NCBI GenBank assembly: GCA_964428655.1
Contig: CAYRYE010000002.1
Span: 183,156 to 247,155, forward strand
Reading direction: 5' to 3'
DNA from: an uncultured Gammaproteobacteria bacterium
Lineage (GTDB): Bacteria > Patescibacteriota > Microgenomatia > UBA12405 > JAHJSD01
DNA: 64,000 nucleotides
Positions 19,106-27,920 of this stretch are shown here, piece after piece; position 1 is the first letter of the stretch; the number at the start of each line of letters is the position of its first letter. The translations under genes and the position numbers were made by a program. A model generated the notes under the pieces. The model was not told where the DNA came from. It did no database searches and worked only from the letters and a program-made list of their open reading frames with translations.

Positions 19106-19201
19106 GGACATCCGGCTCTTTGGGACTTTTCATCTGAACTTAACTATAAAGGTTGAGGATAGATAAGAAGATAGTAATTGCTCAGGTGTCTAATCTATTT
19201 G

Positions 19202-21661
19202 CTATTTCACCACAAAATTAACTAATTTACTTGGAACAAAAATGGTCTTGAGAATTTGTCTGCCTTTTAAGTATTTGGTAATTTGTGGATTTTTCTTGGC
19301 TAATTTTTCAACTTCACTTTTGATTTTTGATTTTTGATTTTTGATTTTTATTGTCCCCCGCAATTTACCGTTGATCTGAACCACAATTTCAATCTCATCT
19401 TCAACCAGATATTTAGGATCAGCTTTGGGCCACGAAGCCCAGTGAACACTTTCTTTTTCCCCTAAGTGTTCCCACAACTCTTCGGCTAAATAGGGCGCAA
19501 AAGGTGCGATCAATTTGATCAAAATCTTTTTGTCTTCAATTGACAAAATACTCTTTACCGGAGGTGTTTTTAGCGTCCGCTCAACCTCATTTAAGAACTT
19601 CATCATCGCGGCGATGGCAGTATTGAAACGACAATTATCAAGGTCATTGGAAACTTTTTTGATCAGCTGGTGAATTTTGGTCACGGCCACTCCTGGAGTA
19701 CCTTTGACGCTTTTTTTAATTAAGCGCTCAAATTTCTCCAAAAACTTCCTAACTCCTTTTAAGGCATTATCATTCCAAGCCATTGTTCCCTCGAACGGTC
19801 CCATAAACATCGAATAGGTACGGAGGACATCAACACCATGTTTTTGCCAAATGTCATCAGGATTAATCATATTGCCTCGAGATTTACTCATTCTTGTTCC
19901 ATCCTGCCCCAAAATCACTCCATGAGACAAGCGTTTGTAGTATGGTTCAGGATACTTTTTTGGTACGGCGCCAATGTCCCAAAGAAATTGATAAATAAAT
20001 CTTGAATAAAGCAAGTGTAAAGTGTTATGTTCGTCACCGCCAATATAAACATCAACTGGGAGCCAGTACTCCAGTTTTTTCATCTCAGCAAGACAACTAT
20101 CATTATCCGGATCAATATATCTCAAAAAATACCAATCAGAACCTGCCCAGTTAGGCATGGTGTCAGTTTCTCTTTTGGCTTGGCCGCCGCACTTAGGACA
20201 TTTGGTCTTGATCCAATCCTCAATCTTGGCCAAAGGGGATTCACCAGTACCAGTTGGTTCATATCTCTCAACATCTGGAAGCTCTACCGGCAATTGATCT
20301 TCCGGCACCGGCTGCCAGCCGCACTTTTGACAATCAATCATTGGTATCGGTTCACCCCAATAATGCTGGCGGGAAAATATCCAATCGCGAAGATGATAGC
20401 GAATTGCCCTTTTACCCCAACCCTTTTTTTCTAAGTAGTCCATCATTTTTTTAGTTGCCTGATGAATATCCATTCCATCTAAAAACTCCGAATTAATCAT
20501 CGTTCCTTCTTGTTCTTGAACCTGCTCTTTTTTAGTTATCTTTGTTTTATCTTCATCAGCCCCAACAACAACTCGAATAACTTCTAAACCAAATTCTTGA
20601 GCAAACTCAAAATCGCGAAGATCATGGCCAGGAACACCAACCACTGCTCCAGTACCAACGGTCATTAAAACAAAGTCAGCAATATAAATCGGCATTTTGC
20701 AGCCATTCAACTGATTGACAGCATATAGACCAGTAAAGACGCCTGTTTTAGTCTTCCCTTCGGCAATTCTCTCTAACTCACTTTTGTTTTTTGCTTGTTC
20801 AACATACTTTTTAATTTCTTTGAACTTTGAACTTTGAACTTTGAACTTTGAACTTAAGAGCATAGCAACGATCGAATGCTCTGGAGCAACAACAATGAAA
20901 GTAGCCCCAAAATTAGTGTCTGGTCTAGTAGTGGAAACAATAATAGTTTCCTTTGTTCCTTTAATGGGATAAGTAATATCAATCCATTTTTTGCGACCAA
21001 TCCAATTTATCTGAGCTGCTTTCACTTTCTCAATAAAAGCTGTCTTTTCCAGGCCATCAAGCAGGCGATCGGCATAATCAGTTATTTTAACAATCCACTG
21101 GTTTAAGTCTTTTTTGCTAACTTTAGCGCCGCAGCGTTCACACTTCCCACTAACTACTTCTTCATTGGCCAAACCTGTTTTGCAGGCAGGGCACCAATTA
21201 ATTGGTTTTTTCTCTTTGTAGGCCAGGCCCTGTTTAAAGAGTTGAATAAAAATCCACTGAGTCCATTTGTAATAATCAGGATCTGTTGTCCCCACTTCTC
21301 TTTGCCAATCACAAGAAAGAGCCATGCGTTTTATTTGGCGGCGAAAAACATTGATGCTTTTTTTAGTAGTTATTTTAGGATTGATGCCTGTTTTTATAGC
21401 ATAGTTTTCGGTTGGCAGACCAAAAGCATCCCAACCCATTGGAAACAAGACATTTAAACCCTCCATTCGCTTTTTGCGGGCATAAACATCAGCCCCAGTC
21501 ATAGTAAATGCGTGACCAATATGAAGACCTGAACCAGAGATATAAGGAAACTCAACTAAAATATATAGTTTTTTTCTTTTTTTATCGAAGTCAACCGCTC
21601 GATACCAATCTTGCTTTTCCCAAACTTTTTGCCATTTTTTCTCAATTTTTTTAAAATTCAT
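19202..21661 (-). CDS. leuS: leucine--tRNA ligase
   Basis: 819 aa; HIGH motif (HIGHAFTMTGADVYARKKRMEG), GWDAFGLP, KMSKS motif (KMSKSRGN), CP1 editing region; contains two heptamer-repeat insertions. Confidence 0.92.
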   Translation of the reverse strand: MNFKKIEKKWQKVWEKQDWYRAVDFDKKRKKLYILVEFPYISGSGLHIGHAFTMTGADVYARKKRMEGLNVLFPMGWDAFGLPTENYAIKTGINPKITTKKSINVFRRQIKRMALSCDWQREVGTTDPDYYKWTQWIFIQLFKQGLAYKEKKPINWCPACKTGLANEEVVSGKCERCGAKVSKKDLNQWIVKITDYADRLLDGLEKTAFIEKVKAAQINWIGRKKWIDITYPIKGTKETIIVSTTRPDTNFGATFIVVAPEHSIVAMLLSSKFKVQSSKFKEIKKYVEQAKNKSELERIAEGKTKTGVFTGLYAVNQLNGCKMPIYIADFVLMTVGTGAVVGVPGHDLRDFEFAQEFGLEVIRVVVGADEDKTKITKKEQVQEQEGTMINSEFLDGMDIHQATKKMMDYLEKKGWGKRAIRYHLRDWIFSRQHYWGEPIPMIDCQKCGWQPVPEDQLPVELPDVERYEPTGTGESPLAKIEDWIKTKCPKCGGQAKRETDTMPNWAGSDWYFLRYIDPDNDSCLAEMKKLEYWLPVDVYIGGDEHNTLHLLYSRFIYQFLWDIGAVPKKYPEPYYKRLSHGVILGQDGTRMSKSRGNMINPDDIWQKHGVDVLRTYSMFMGPFEGTMAWNDNALKGVRKFLEKFERLIKKSVKGTPGVAVTKIHQLIKKVSNDLDNCRFNTAIAAMMKFLNEVERTLKTPPVKSILSIEDKKILIKLIAPFAPYLAEELWEHLGEKESVHWASWPKADPKYLVEDEIEIVVQINGKLRGTIKIKNQKSKIKSEVEKLAKKNPQITKYLKGRQILKTIFVPSKLVNFVVK
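19318..19346. repeat. heptanucleotide tandem repeat (TTTTTGA)x4 inside leuS 3' region
   Basis: gatttttgatttttgatttttgattttta; encodes IKIKNQKSKIKS on minus strand. Confidence 0.8.
20812..20850. repeat. heptanucleotide tandem repeat (CTTTGAA)x5.5 inside leuS
   Basis: ctttgaactttgaactttgaactttgaactttgaactt; encodes SSKFKVQSSKFKE on minus strand. Confidence 0.85.
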
Positions 21662-21845
21662 ATCGTCCTCCGCATAAAAAAACCTCCCTTTCCCCGAAAG
21701 GACCCCTTCGGACGGGAGGCTGAATCCATAAAAATCTCTTCACCTCCCAAAAATCTAGTCCAAAAGGAGAAAAAGAGATTGTTCCTTCATGTTGATTATT
21801 TTATAGCAAAGAAGTTTGAAAAATGCAAATTACTGGATCAGCTTT

Positions 21846-21871
21846 GCGCCGCCGGCAAAGCCTTTGGCGAC
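21846..21871 (+). repeat. 26-nt GC-rich motif GCGCCGCCGGCAAAGCCTTTGGCGAC (copy 1), intergenic upstream of leuS
   Basis: Exact 26-nt match to 57312..57337, followed in both copies by RCACG and GTTGCCA; in copy 1 embedded in a 7-bp stem CGCCGGC...GCCGGCG. Confidence 0.7.
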
Positions 21872-21918
21872 GCACGGCCGGCGTTGCCAGTTTGCAAGTA
21901 GAAAAACAATAAAAAATA

Positions 21919-22191
21919 ATGTATACTATCTTGATGGCTGAAAATACTAATAACTATTGTTGGGTAAGAGGAGATGCTTCAAGAATTGACAATGATGACG
22001 AAATTAAAAATGCTCTAAGAGATTGTCCAAATCGAACAAGTCCAAGAGGCCCTTATAGACCTAGTTATGTTTGTCTGCAGCCTGCAAACAGGCGCACAGA
22101 CAAGTGTCCTTGGAATAAAATCATAACGAAAAGAAGACAACCACAAACTCCTATTAAAGTTAGAGCCGCGTCCATTTCCTCCCATCGCTAA
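21919..22191 (+). CDS. small Cys-containing hypothetical protein (90 aa)
   Basis: ORF in the divergent intergenic region upstream of leuS; 4 Cys; weak support. Confidence 0.3.
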   Translation: MYTILMAENTNNYCWVRGDASRIDNDDEIKNALRDCPNRTSPRGPYRPSYVCLQPANRRTDKCPWNKIITKRRQPQTPIKVRAASISSHR

Positions 22192-23071
22192 TAATTTCAA
22201 TTTGGCCATTAATATCAGTTCTTAAATAGCGAATGTCATGATTTTTCAATTTTTCCAAGACTTCTTTGGTTGGATGACCAAATTTGTTTTCACCCACAGA
22301 AATCACGGCCAATTGGGGTTGGGTAGCTAACAAAATCTCTTCTGAGGTACTAGTCTTAGAACCATGATGGGCAATTTTTAAAACTTCTACTTTGGGTAAT
22401 TGTTTCCGCCAAGCCAAGACTTGCTCAACACTGATTGAAATGTCACCGGTCAACAAAGCATCAAAGTCGCCAAATCTCAACTGCAAAACTATTGAACTAT
22501 TATTTAAATTATCGGATGAAAAATCAAAACCAGGTTGTTGGCATTTTTTCTGCTGATCAAAAAACTTTGTTTGTATTTTCTCTTGGGCGTCAGCTTTCTC
22601 CTCTTCTGGCCAGAGTACCTCAAAATATATCTTTTTAATCCTAAAGGATTCATCGTTGACCAGTTTTCTTGAACAAATTCTTTCCTCAAGTAGCTCATTT
22701 TTTAATTCCTGAAACCGCCAAGATTCAGGATTATCAAAACCATTATATAAAAACAGACCAACCCTATAACGCTTTACTATTTCTAGTAATCCTCCAAAAT
22801 GATCCTCGTCCGGATGAGTATTAACCACCATTTCTATTTTCCGATCCCAAAACGGCATCTGCGATTTTAAACACTTTAATAACTTGCCGCTGTTTTTTGG
22901 CAAGCCGCCGTCAATCAAAATCTGGACTGTTTTAAAACAGACTACAATCGCATCACCCTGACCAACATCGCAAAAGACCAAATGCAAGTTATTATCCGGC
23001 CATTGCCGCCAAATCAGATAAACTAAAATCAGTAGCCAAAACAAAAAAGCAATCTTTAGCCAAGTTTTCAT
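22160..23071 (-). CDS. comEC: ComEC C-terminal metallo-beta-lactamase-domain protein (start at internal ATG overlapping upstream stop as ATGA)
   Basis: HxHxDH-type motif VVNTHPDEDHFGG, N-terminal TM helix; ATG at 23071 overlaps the TGA of the upstream competence-domain ORF by 4 nt. Confidence 0.75.
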   Translation of the reverse strand: MKTWLKIAFLFWLLILVYLIWRQWPDNNLHLVFCDVGQGDAIVVCFKTVQILIDGGLPKNSGKLLKCLKSQMPFWDRKIEMVVNTHPDEDHFGGLLEIVKRYRVGLFLYNGFDNPESWRFQELKNELLEERICSRKLVNDESFRIKKIYFEVLWPEEEKADAQEKIQTKFFDQQKKCQQPGFDFSSDNLNNSSIVLQLRFGDFDALLTGDISISVEQVLAWRKQLPKVEVLKIAHHGSKTSTSEEILLATQPQLAVISVGENKFGHPTKEVLEKLKNHDIRYLRTDINGQIEIISDGRKWTRL

Positions 23072-24162
23072 CCTGAAAATTTCTCCACAATAAAAATTGA
23101 CCACCAAAGTAATGGATAGATTGCCCAAAGAACTATCCGACCCAGGAGTAATCCAATTAACCCCAAACTCATAATTACTGGGATTAACGGCAAAATCAAA
23201 GCATTGGTTATTGGCGCCAACCAAGATAAGCTCCCAAAATGCCAAATAATAATGGGGGCAACCATTAATTGAGCTGATAAGGTTTCCGCCAAGACTTCTC
23301 CTATTACCGGTATATTTTTAAGGCGGCCAAACATTCTTCCTCCCAGCATAATTCCCAATAAAGCAGCCACGCTGAGCTGAAAACTGATACTGACAATCAA
23401 ATCAGGCTTAATCATTAACATTAACCAAATAGCAAAGATAAAAGCCCGCCATTGATGATATTTTTTGCCAAGCAGTTGAGCCAAAAACAAAAAAGAAAGC
23501 ATAATAGCGGCTCTAATTATTGGCGATTCAAAGCCAACTATGCCAACATAAAGCCAAATTAAGACCAAGCCAATTAAAATTGCCGGTTTTCTTCCGAAAA
23601 AATAAGCCAGATACTCAACTGGCCTCTTTCCTGTCACCGATAAATTATATCCGCTAGCAACAATAATATGTAGAGTGCCAGTCTGACGCAATTGCTGGTA
23701 AAATTCAGGGTCTAATTTTTGTTTGACTCCCAAAACAATGCCGTTTAAAAGATCTGCTTCCGGATAGGGTAAATTTTCTAAAAACACTTTTGACAACTCT
23801 TTCCTAACCAGACGTAATCTCTTGAGAAATCTATAGCTTAAAAATTTGGGGTTAGAATTTTCCTGAAAAGGTAAAATTTGTAAATTTATCAGACACAGTT
23901 TCGCTCTGCTTAGCTTAGAACACTCCTCTATTTTACCAATAATTTGTAAACAATCGCCAAAATCAAACTGGGGTTCTATTGGAGCAGTAATTTTAAGTTT
24001 TTGAAAGTGGTTTTGATAATAGAAAATTTGCTTGTCTTGGGTATAAAGTGGTTGATTGAACAAACAATAATTTAGCTTAATTCTTTGCCCTATCTGAAAC
24101 TTAGCTCCTAATTGCCAGTCAAGAAAAAAGCGAAAAAATAAGAGAATTATAAAAAATATCAT
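23068..24162 (-). CDS. comEC: ComEC N-terminal part (DUF4131 plus polytopic competence domain)
   Basis: N-terminal OB-like DUF4131 region followed by about 8 TM helices typical of ComEC/Rec2 channel domain; immediately upstream of the MBL-domain ORF and downstream of comEA. Confidence 0.75.
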   Translation of the reverse strand: MIFFIILLFFRFFLDWQLGAKFQIGQRIKLNYCLFNQPLYTQDKQIFYYQNHFQKLKITAPIEPQFDFGDCLQIIGKIEECSKLSRAKLCLINLQILPFQENSNPKFLSYRFLKRLRLVRKELSKVFLENLPYPEADLLNGIVLGVKQKLDPEFYQQLRQTGTLHIIVASGYNLSVTGKRPVEYLAYFFGRKPAILIGLVLIWLYVGIVGFESPIIRAAIMLSFLFLAQLLGKKYHQWRAFIFAIWLMLMIKPDLIVSISFQLSVAALLGIMLGGRMFGRLKNIPVIGEVLAETLSAQLMVAPIIIWHFGSLSWLAPITNALILPLIPVIMSLGLIGLLLGRIVLWAIYPLLWWSIFIVEKFSG

Positions 24163-24672
24163 TTTTTCTATGATATAATGCCTTTAGCAATGAAGCTTGC
24201 ACTTCTTTCCAAAAGAAAAAGACCATCTCTTCCCTGTGGAGCCAGAAACAGAAAGCCTGTTAGAGAAGTAACGGCTGGTTCAGAGGGGGGTGTCTTGCCT
24301 ATTCTGAACACCTTGGCAGAGACGGAAAAAGAGTTGGCTGGACCTCAGAGTTTGTCTGTAGGGCTACAACTATGTTTGGTGCTTGTCCTGCTGGCTTTAG
24401 ACGAAGGCTCAGATCGTAGTTAAAAACAAGAAAAAGAATGCTATATTATAAGTGAGATGGCGATTATAGTTGGCAGGAATAGAGAGTGTATCTATAACGA
24501 AGTTGTACCGACCCACAGTTCAAGGGCCCGGTGTGCAGCCACCCACACTGAAGCAAGGGCTCATCACCCCCCCAACAGAGTAGTAATAACAAGAATTGAC
24601 TCGTGCGATTGTTCAAGTCAAAGAAAAACTAATTCCTGTCCCGCCCTCCGAAGCTAAAGTAGTTTTAACTTT
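24163..24672. other. GC-rich 510-bp ORF-poor spacer between comEA and comEC; candidate structured ncRNA or degraded gene (position of comEB in other lineages)
   Basis: GC clearly above flanks; only short ORFs (81 and 66 aa, non-protein-like composition); G/C runs (gaggggggtg, caccccccc), multiple hairpins. Confidence 0.3.
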
Positions 24673-25272
24673 CTAAATTGCAACCTTTTCTTTAATTTTT
24701 TCAAACGTTTTCTTTCCTATCCCGGAAACAGCCATGATTTCTTCAATAGTTTTGAAGCCGCCGTGCGCCTGGCGGTACTCAATGATTCTTTGGGCAAAAC
24801 CAGAACCAATGCCAGGTAAACTTTTAAGTTCTGCTTCTGAGGCTAAATTAATGTTAATTTTTCCGGCCACTACTCCAGCTACCTCTCCTAATTCTGCTGA
24901 CGGCGGGGCAGACTCACCTTTTTTAGGAATATAAATCTTTTCCCCATCAGTTAACTTCCGAGCCAGGTTTAGATTACGATTAATCCATTCTTGGTCTGCT
25001 TCCTCACTAAGCCCGCCGGCAGATTCAACTGCTTGGCTGATCCGAGACTCACTTTTCAATTTATAAACTCCTGGCTTGTCAACTGCGCCAGCAATATCAA
25101 CCATAATTTCCTGACTTTCCTCTGACTGCTCTTTTGTAGTCTCAAAAAACTCAACATCAGAAGCTTTTTCTCTTTTGTCAAACCCAAAAACCAACCCCAA
25201 AATAATCAGTCCCACTCCAATTCCCAAAGCGCCGAACCTGCCATACTTTTCCCAAAATTGCCAAAAGGACAT
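24673..25272 (-). CDS. comEA: competence protein ComEA (SLBB plus tandem helix-hairpin-helix DNA-binding domain)
   Basis: N-terminal TM anchor, SLBB-like GVYKLKSESRISQAVESAGG, C-terminal HhH ININLASEAELKSLPGIGSGFAQRIIEYR...GGFKTIEEIMAVSGIGKKTFEKIK. Confidence 0.85.
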   Translation of the reverse strand: MSFWQFWEKYGRFGALGIGVGLIILGLVFGFDKREKASDVEFFETTKEQSEESQEIMVDIAGAVDKPGVYKLKSESRISQAVESAGGLSEEADQEWINRNLNLARKLTDGEKIYIPKKGESAPPSAELGEVAGVVAGKININLASEAELKSLPGIGSGFAQRIIEYRQAHGGFKTIEEIMAVSGIGKKTFEKIKEKVAI

Positions 25273-25354
25273 TAATTCATTTTAGCAGATGGGAATTGCT
25301 AAATTGCTAAAACCAATAATTGATAATTGATGGTTAATAATTAATAATTAGGCC

Positions 25355-26074
25355 ATGTGGCTGCAACTTGGGCTTTTAACTTTCGTCACCTTTTTCAGCT
25401 GGATCTGGGCTAACCATCCTCAACTGTCGTTTTATACTCTCCAACTCATTGCTGTCTTGATTATCATTTACCTTTTGAAAAACCTGTTTTCCCGAAATGC
25501 AAACCTAAAACATTCTCGGAATATTTTGAACAGTCTGATTCTAACAACCATTGTTCTCGTTCTAGTCTTCTCTACCGGTGGCTTAAACTCATCTTTTTTC
25601 TTCCTACTCTACTTCCTTCTCTTTAACATTTCTTTTCTTTTTGAACCATCGCTAACCATGTCTTTTAGTTTCATTCTGGTCGTCTTCCTAGCAACTCATT
25701 TTCAGTTTTCCCAAGACCTTATTAAGCTAGCCTCACTCATTTTTGCCGCCCCTTTAGCCTTATTTTTTGGCCAGCAATATTTAAAAAATCTGGCCGCTCA
25801 AGAAAGAATTAAGATTTTCAAAAGAAAATGGCTTGAAAACGAAAAGGCCTTAGAATCAGAAGAAACTAATATTCTTCTCTGGCTGTCTCTAAATCTCCGC
25901 AACAGCATTGCGGAGATTTTAGAAATTACCGCAAATTTACTGGCTGATCTTTCCCACCTTTCACCAACCCAAAAAAAAAGCCTTAAAAAGATCAGAAGAA
26001 AGGCAAAAAAATTACTGAAACAAGGGAAGAAATTGGGAAAAATTGTTGACAGGGAAACAGATGATGAAAATTAA
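25355..26074 (+). CDS. membrane protein with 5 TM helices and a degenerate HisKA-like coiled-coil tail (no conserved His)
   Basis: TM-rich N-terminal half; C-terminal WLSLNLRNSIAEILEITANLL resembles a histidine-kinase phosphoacceptor helix but has Ser in place of His; no ATPase domain. Confidence 0.5.
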   Translation: MWLQLGLLTFVTFFSWIWANHPQLSFYTLQLIAVLIIIYLLKNLFSRNANLKHSRNILNSLILTTIVLVLVFSTGGLNSSFFFLLYFLLFNISFLFEPSLTMSFSFILVVFLATHFQFSQDLIKLASLIFAAPLALFFGQQYLKNLAAQERIKIFKRKWLENEKALESEETNILLWLSLNLRNSIAEILEITANLLADLSHLSPTQKKSLKKIRRKAKKLLKQGKKLGKIVDRETDDEN

Positions 26075-26840
26075 AAGCAACAATTTAAAACTAAAAAGTT
26101 TTTACCAGGTCAGGCTTGGTTTTAAGTTTTTGGTTGTTATTTTTACATTTTCGTTTTTAATTTTTAGTTTGACCGCTTATGCGGTGAACATGGAATCAGA
26201 CCACTATCGAATCCAGTGGGGTAATATCAACATCGGCGCCAGAAATCAATCTTCAGACAACTATAATTTAGGAGTCACCATCGGTCAAATTGCGCCTGGT
26301 TTGTACTCTGATACCGGCTATAAGGTAAGGGCCGGCTTCCAATATATTCATTCAATTATCCCCTTTTCTTTCAGTATTTCTGATATCACCATTGATTTTG
26401 GCACCCTAACTTCCCAAACGCCATCAACTGACACTAATACCCTCACTGTTAGCGCCGGTGGGGCTGGCGGCTATCAAGTTTTAGCCTTTGAAACTCATCC
26501 TTTAGAACTAATCAGCGACAGCAGTGTTGAAATCTCTGATACTCTTTGCGACAACGGCAACTGTGATGAAACCAGCGCCGAGGTCTGGAGTCAAACCACT
26601 ACCTACGGTTTTGGTTTTAACATTAATGGCGATGACACTCCTTCTGATTTCATAGACACGACTTATTTTCGTCAATTTGCTGATGATGAAGAAAATGAAA
26701 CCCACCAAGCCATAATGAGCAACGACAGCGTCACCAGTGAATCTGAAGCAGCAGTCACTTATAAAGCTAATATTTCCGGAACCCAGGAGGCGGGAAAGTA
26801 CGAGACGAGCGTGGTTTATGTGGCAGTACCCAGCTACTGA
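26061..26840 (+). CDS. secreted cell-surface protein (signal peptide, C-terminal domain shared with 27921..29354)
   Basis: ATG at 26061 preferred over the TTG listed in the ORF track (RBS gggaaac upstream); signal peptide MMKIKSNNLKLKSFYQVRLGFKFLVVIFTFSFLIFS; C-terminal about 100 aa homologous to C-terminus of the 477-aa protein (EVWSQTTTYGFGF...TQEAGKYETSVVYVA). Confidence 0.6.
   Translation: MMKIKSNNLKLKSFYQVRLGFKFLVVIFTFSFLIFSLTAYAVNMESDHYRIQWGNINIGARNQSSDNYNLGVTIGQIAPGLYSDTGYKVRAGFQYIHSIIPFSFSISDITIDFGTLTSQTPSTDTNTLTVSAGGAGGYQVLAFETHPLELISDSSVEISDTLCDNGNCDETSAEVWSQTTTYGFGFNINGDDTPSDFIDTTYFRQFADDEENETHQAIMSNDSVTSESEAAVTYKANISGTQEAGKYETSVVYVAVPSY
26067..26169 (+). repeat. about 103-bp direct repeat (copy 1) encoding a signal peptide; copy 2 at 26861..26962
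   Basis: Identical string aaaattaaaagcaacaatttaaaactaaaaagtttttaccaggtcaggcttggttttaagtttttggttgttatttttacattttcgtttttaatttttagtt at both sites. Confidence 0.85.
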
Positions 26841-26847
26841 AACTAAA

Positions 26848-27840
26848 ATGTTAAATCTAAAAATTAAAAGCAACAATTTAAAACTAAAAAGTTTTTACCA
26901 GGTCAGGCTTGGTTTTAAGTTTTTGGTTGTTATTTTTACATTTTCGTTTTTAATTTTTAGTTCTGGCCAAAAGGCCAGTGCCCAATCTGTCTCCCTTTCT
27001 ATCTATCCTCCCCTTCTCGAAGTCATGATTCAACCTGGCAAGTCATTTATTGGGGCCTATGAAATTACCAATAATTCAGACATTGATCTTTACCTTCGGC
27101 CAATCGTTGTTCCTTTCGAACCAGCTGGCCAAAAAGGAGGTGTTAAATTACAAACTACCAGCCACCAGCCACCAGCCACCAGCTACTTTTCCCTAACCAA
27201 CGCTGATATTCAACTTAATCAAACCTTTAAGTTGCCTGCTAACAGTCAGCAGCAGTTAGTGCTAAAGATAAATGTTCCTAAAGGCCAACTGGAAAAAGAT
27301 CACTACTTCACTTTTTTAGTTGAACAAACACCAGAAGGAAAGTTTGTTGGTTCCCCTGAAACAGCCACGAACCTAATCAAAATCGGCGGCAACATTCTTT
27401 TAACCATTTCCCAATCTGGTTTACCTAAAAAACAAGGAGTGATTGCCAAATTTATTTCTCGTCCGAAAATCGCTGATTTACTAGAAACAGTCAAGTTTAA
27501 AGTCCTAATCCAAAACACTGGCGATGCTTTTTTCAAAACAAATGGCCAAATTGATATTTATCATCGCTTAACCAAAAAGAAAATGGCTAACCTTAATTTT
27601 CGACCCGACAATGTTCTTGTTGATTCAGCTCGAGAAATTGTGTGCAGCGAATCTTGCGCCTTCTCTTCTCTTCTTCCAGGCCCCTATCGAGCCATTGTTT
27701 CATTTACTCCAGATGAATCTAATAATCAGGAAGCGGCAGTAGCTCTTTTCTGGATTCTACCAATTAAATCAGGACTGGTCATTATTCTTCTGATTCTACT
27801 AATTTGGCAAATCAAAAGAAAAATCAAGAAAAAATCATGA
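26848..27840 (+). CDS. secreted protein with C-terminal TM anchor and basic tail (DUF916/DUF3324-like architecture)
   Basis: Start at internal ATG 26848, giving a signal peptide nearly identical to the upstream gene; C-terminal GLVIILLILLIWQIKRKIKKKS anchor. Confidence 0.6.
   Translation: MLNLKIKSNNLKLKSFYQVRLGFKFLVVIFTFSFLIFSSGQKASAQSVSLSIYPPLLEVMIQPGKSFIGAYEITNNSDIDLYLRPIVVPFEPAGQKGGVKLQTTSHQPPATSYFSLTNADIQLNQTFKLPANSQQQLVLKINVPKGQLEKDHYFTFLVEQTPEGKFVGSPETATNLIKIGGNILLTISQSGLPKKQGVIAKFISRPKIADLLETVKFKVLIQNTGDAFFKTNGQIDIYHRLTKKKMANLNFRPDNVLVDSAREIVCSESCAFSSLLPGPYRAIVSFTPDESNNQEAAVALFWILPIKSGLVIILLILLIWQIKRKIKKKS
26861..26962 (+). repeat. about 102-bp direct repeat (copy 2) encoding a signal peptide
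   Basis: See 26067..26169. Confidence 0.85.
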
Positions 27841-27920
27841 CTATTCCCTGGTGTTGATAAAGCTTGCAAGACCAGAAAAATAATGCCAAAATGAAGCAAT
27901 AGATAAGTAGATAATTAATA

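Noticed and set aside
21611-21901. 96-aa ORF upstream of leuS
   Set aside because: It overlaps the leuS start and spans the GC-rich 26-nt motif and hairpins; it is most likely intergenic regulatory sequence.
24178-24657. 81-aa and 66-aa ORFs between comEA and comEC
   Set aside because: Composition (Cys/Arg/Ala/His-rich, no hydrophobic periodicity) and elevated GC suggest non-coding sequence; retained only as a region-level finding.
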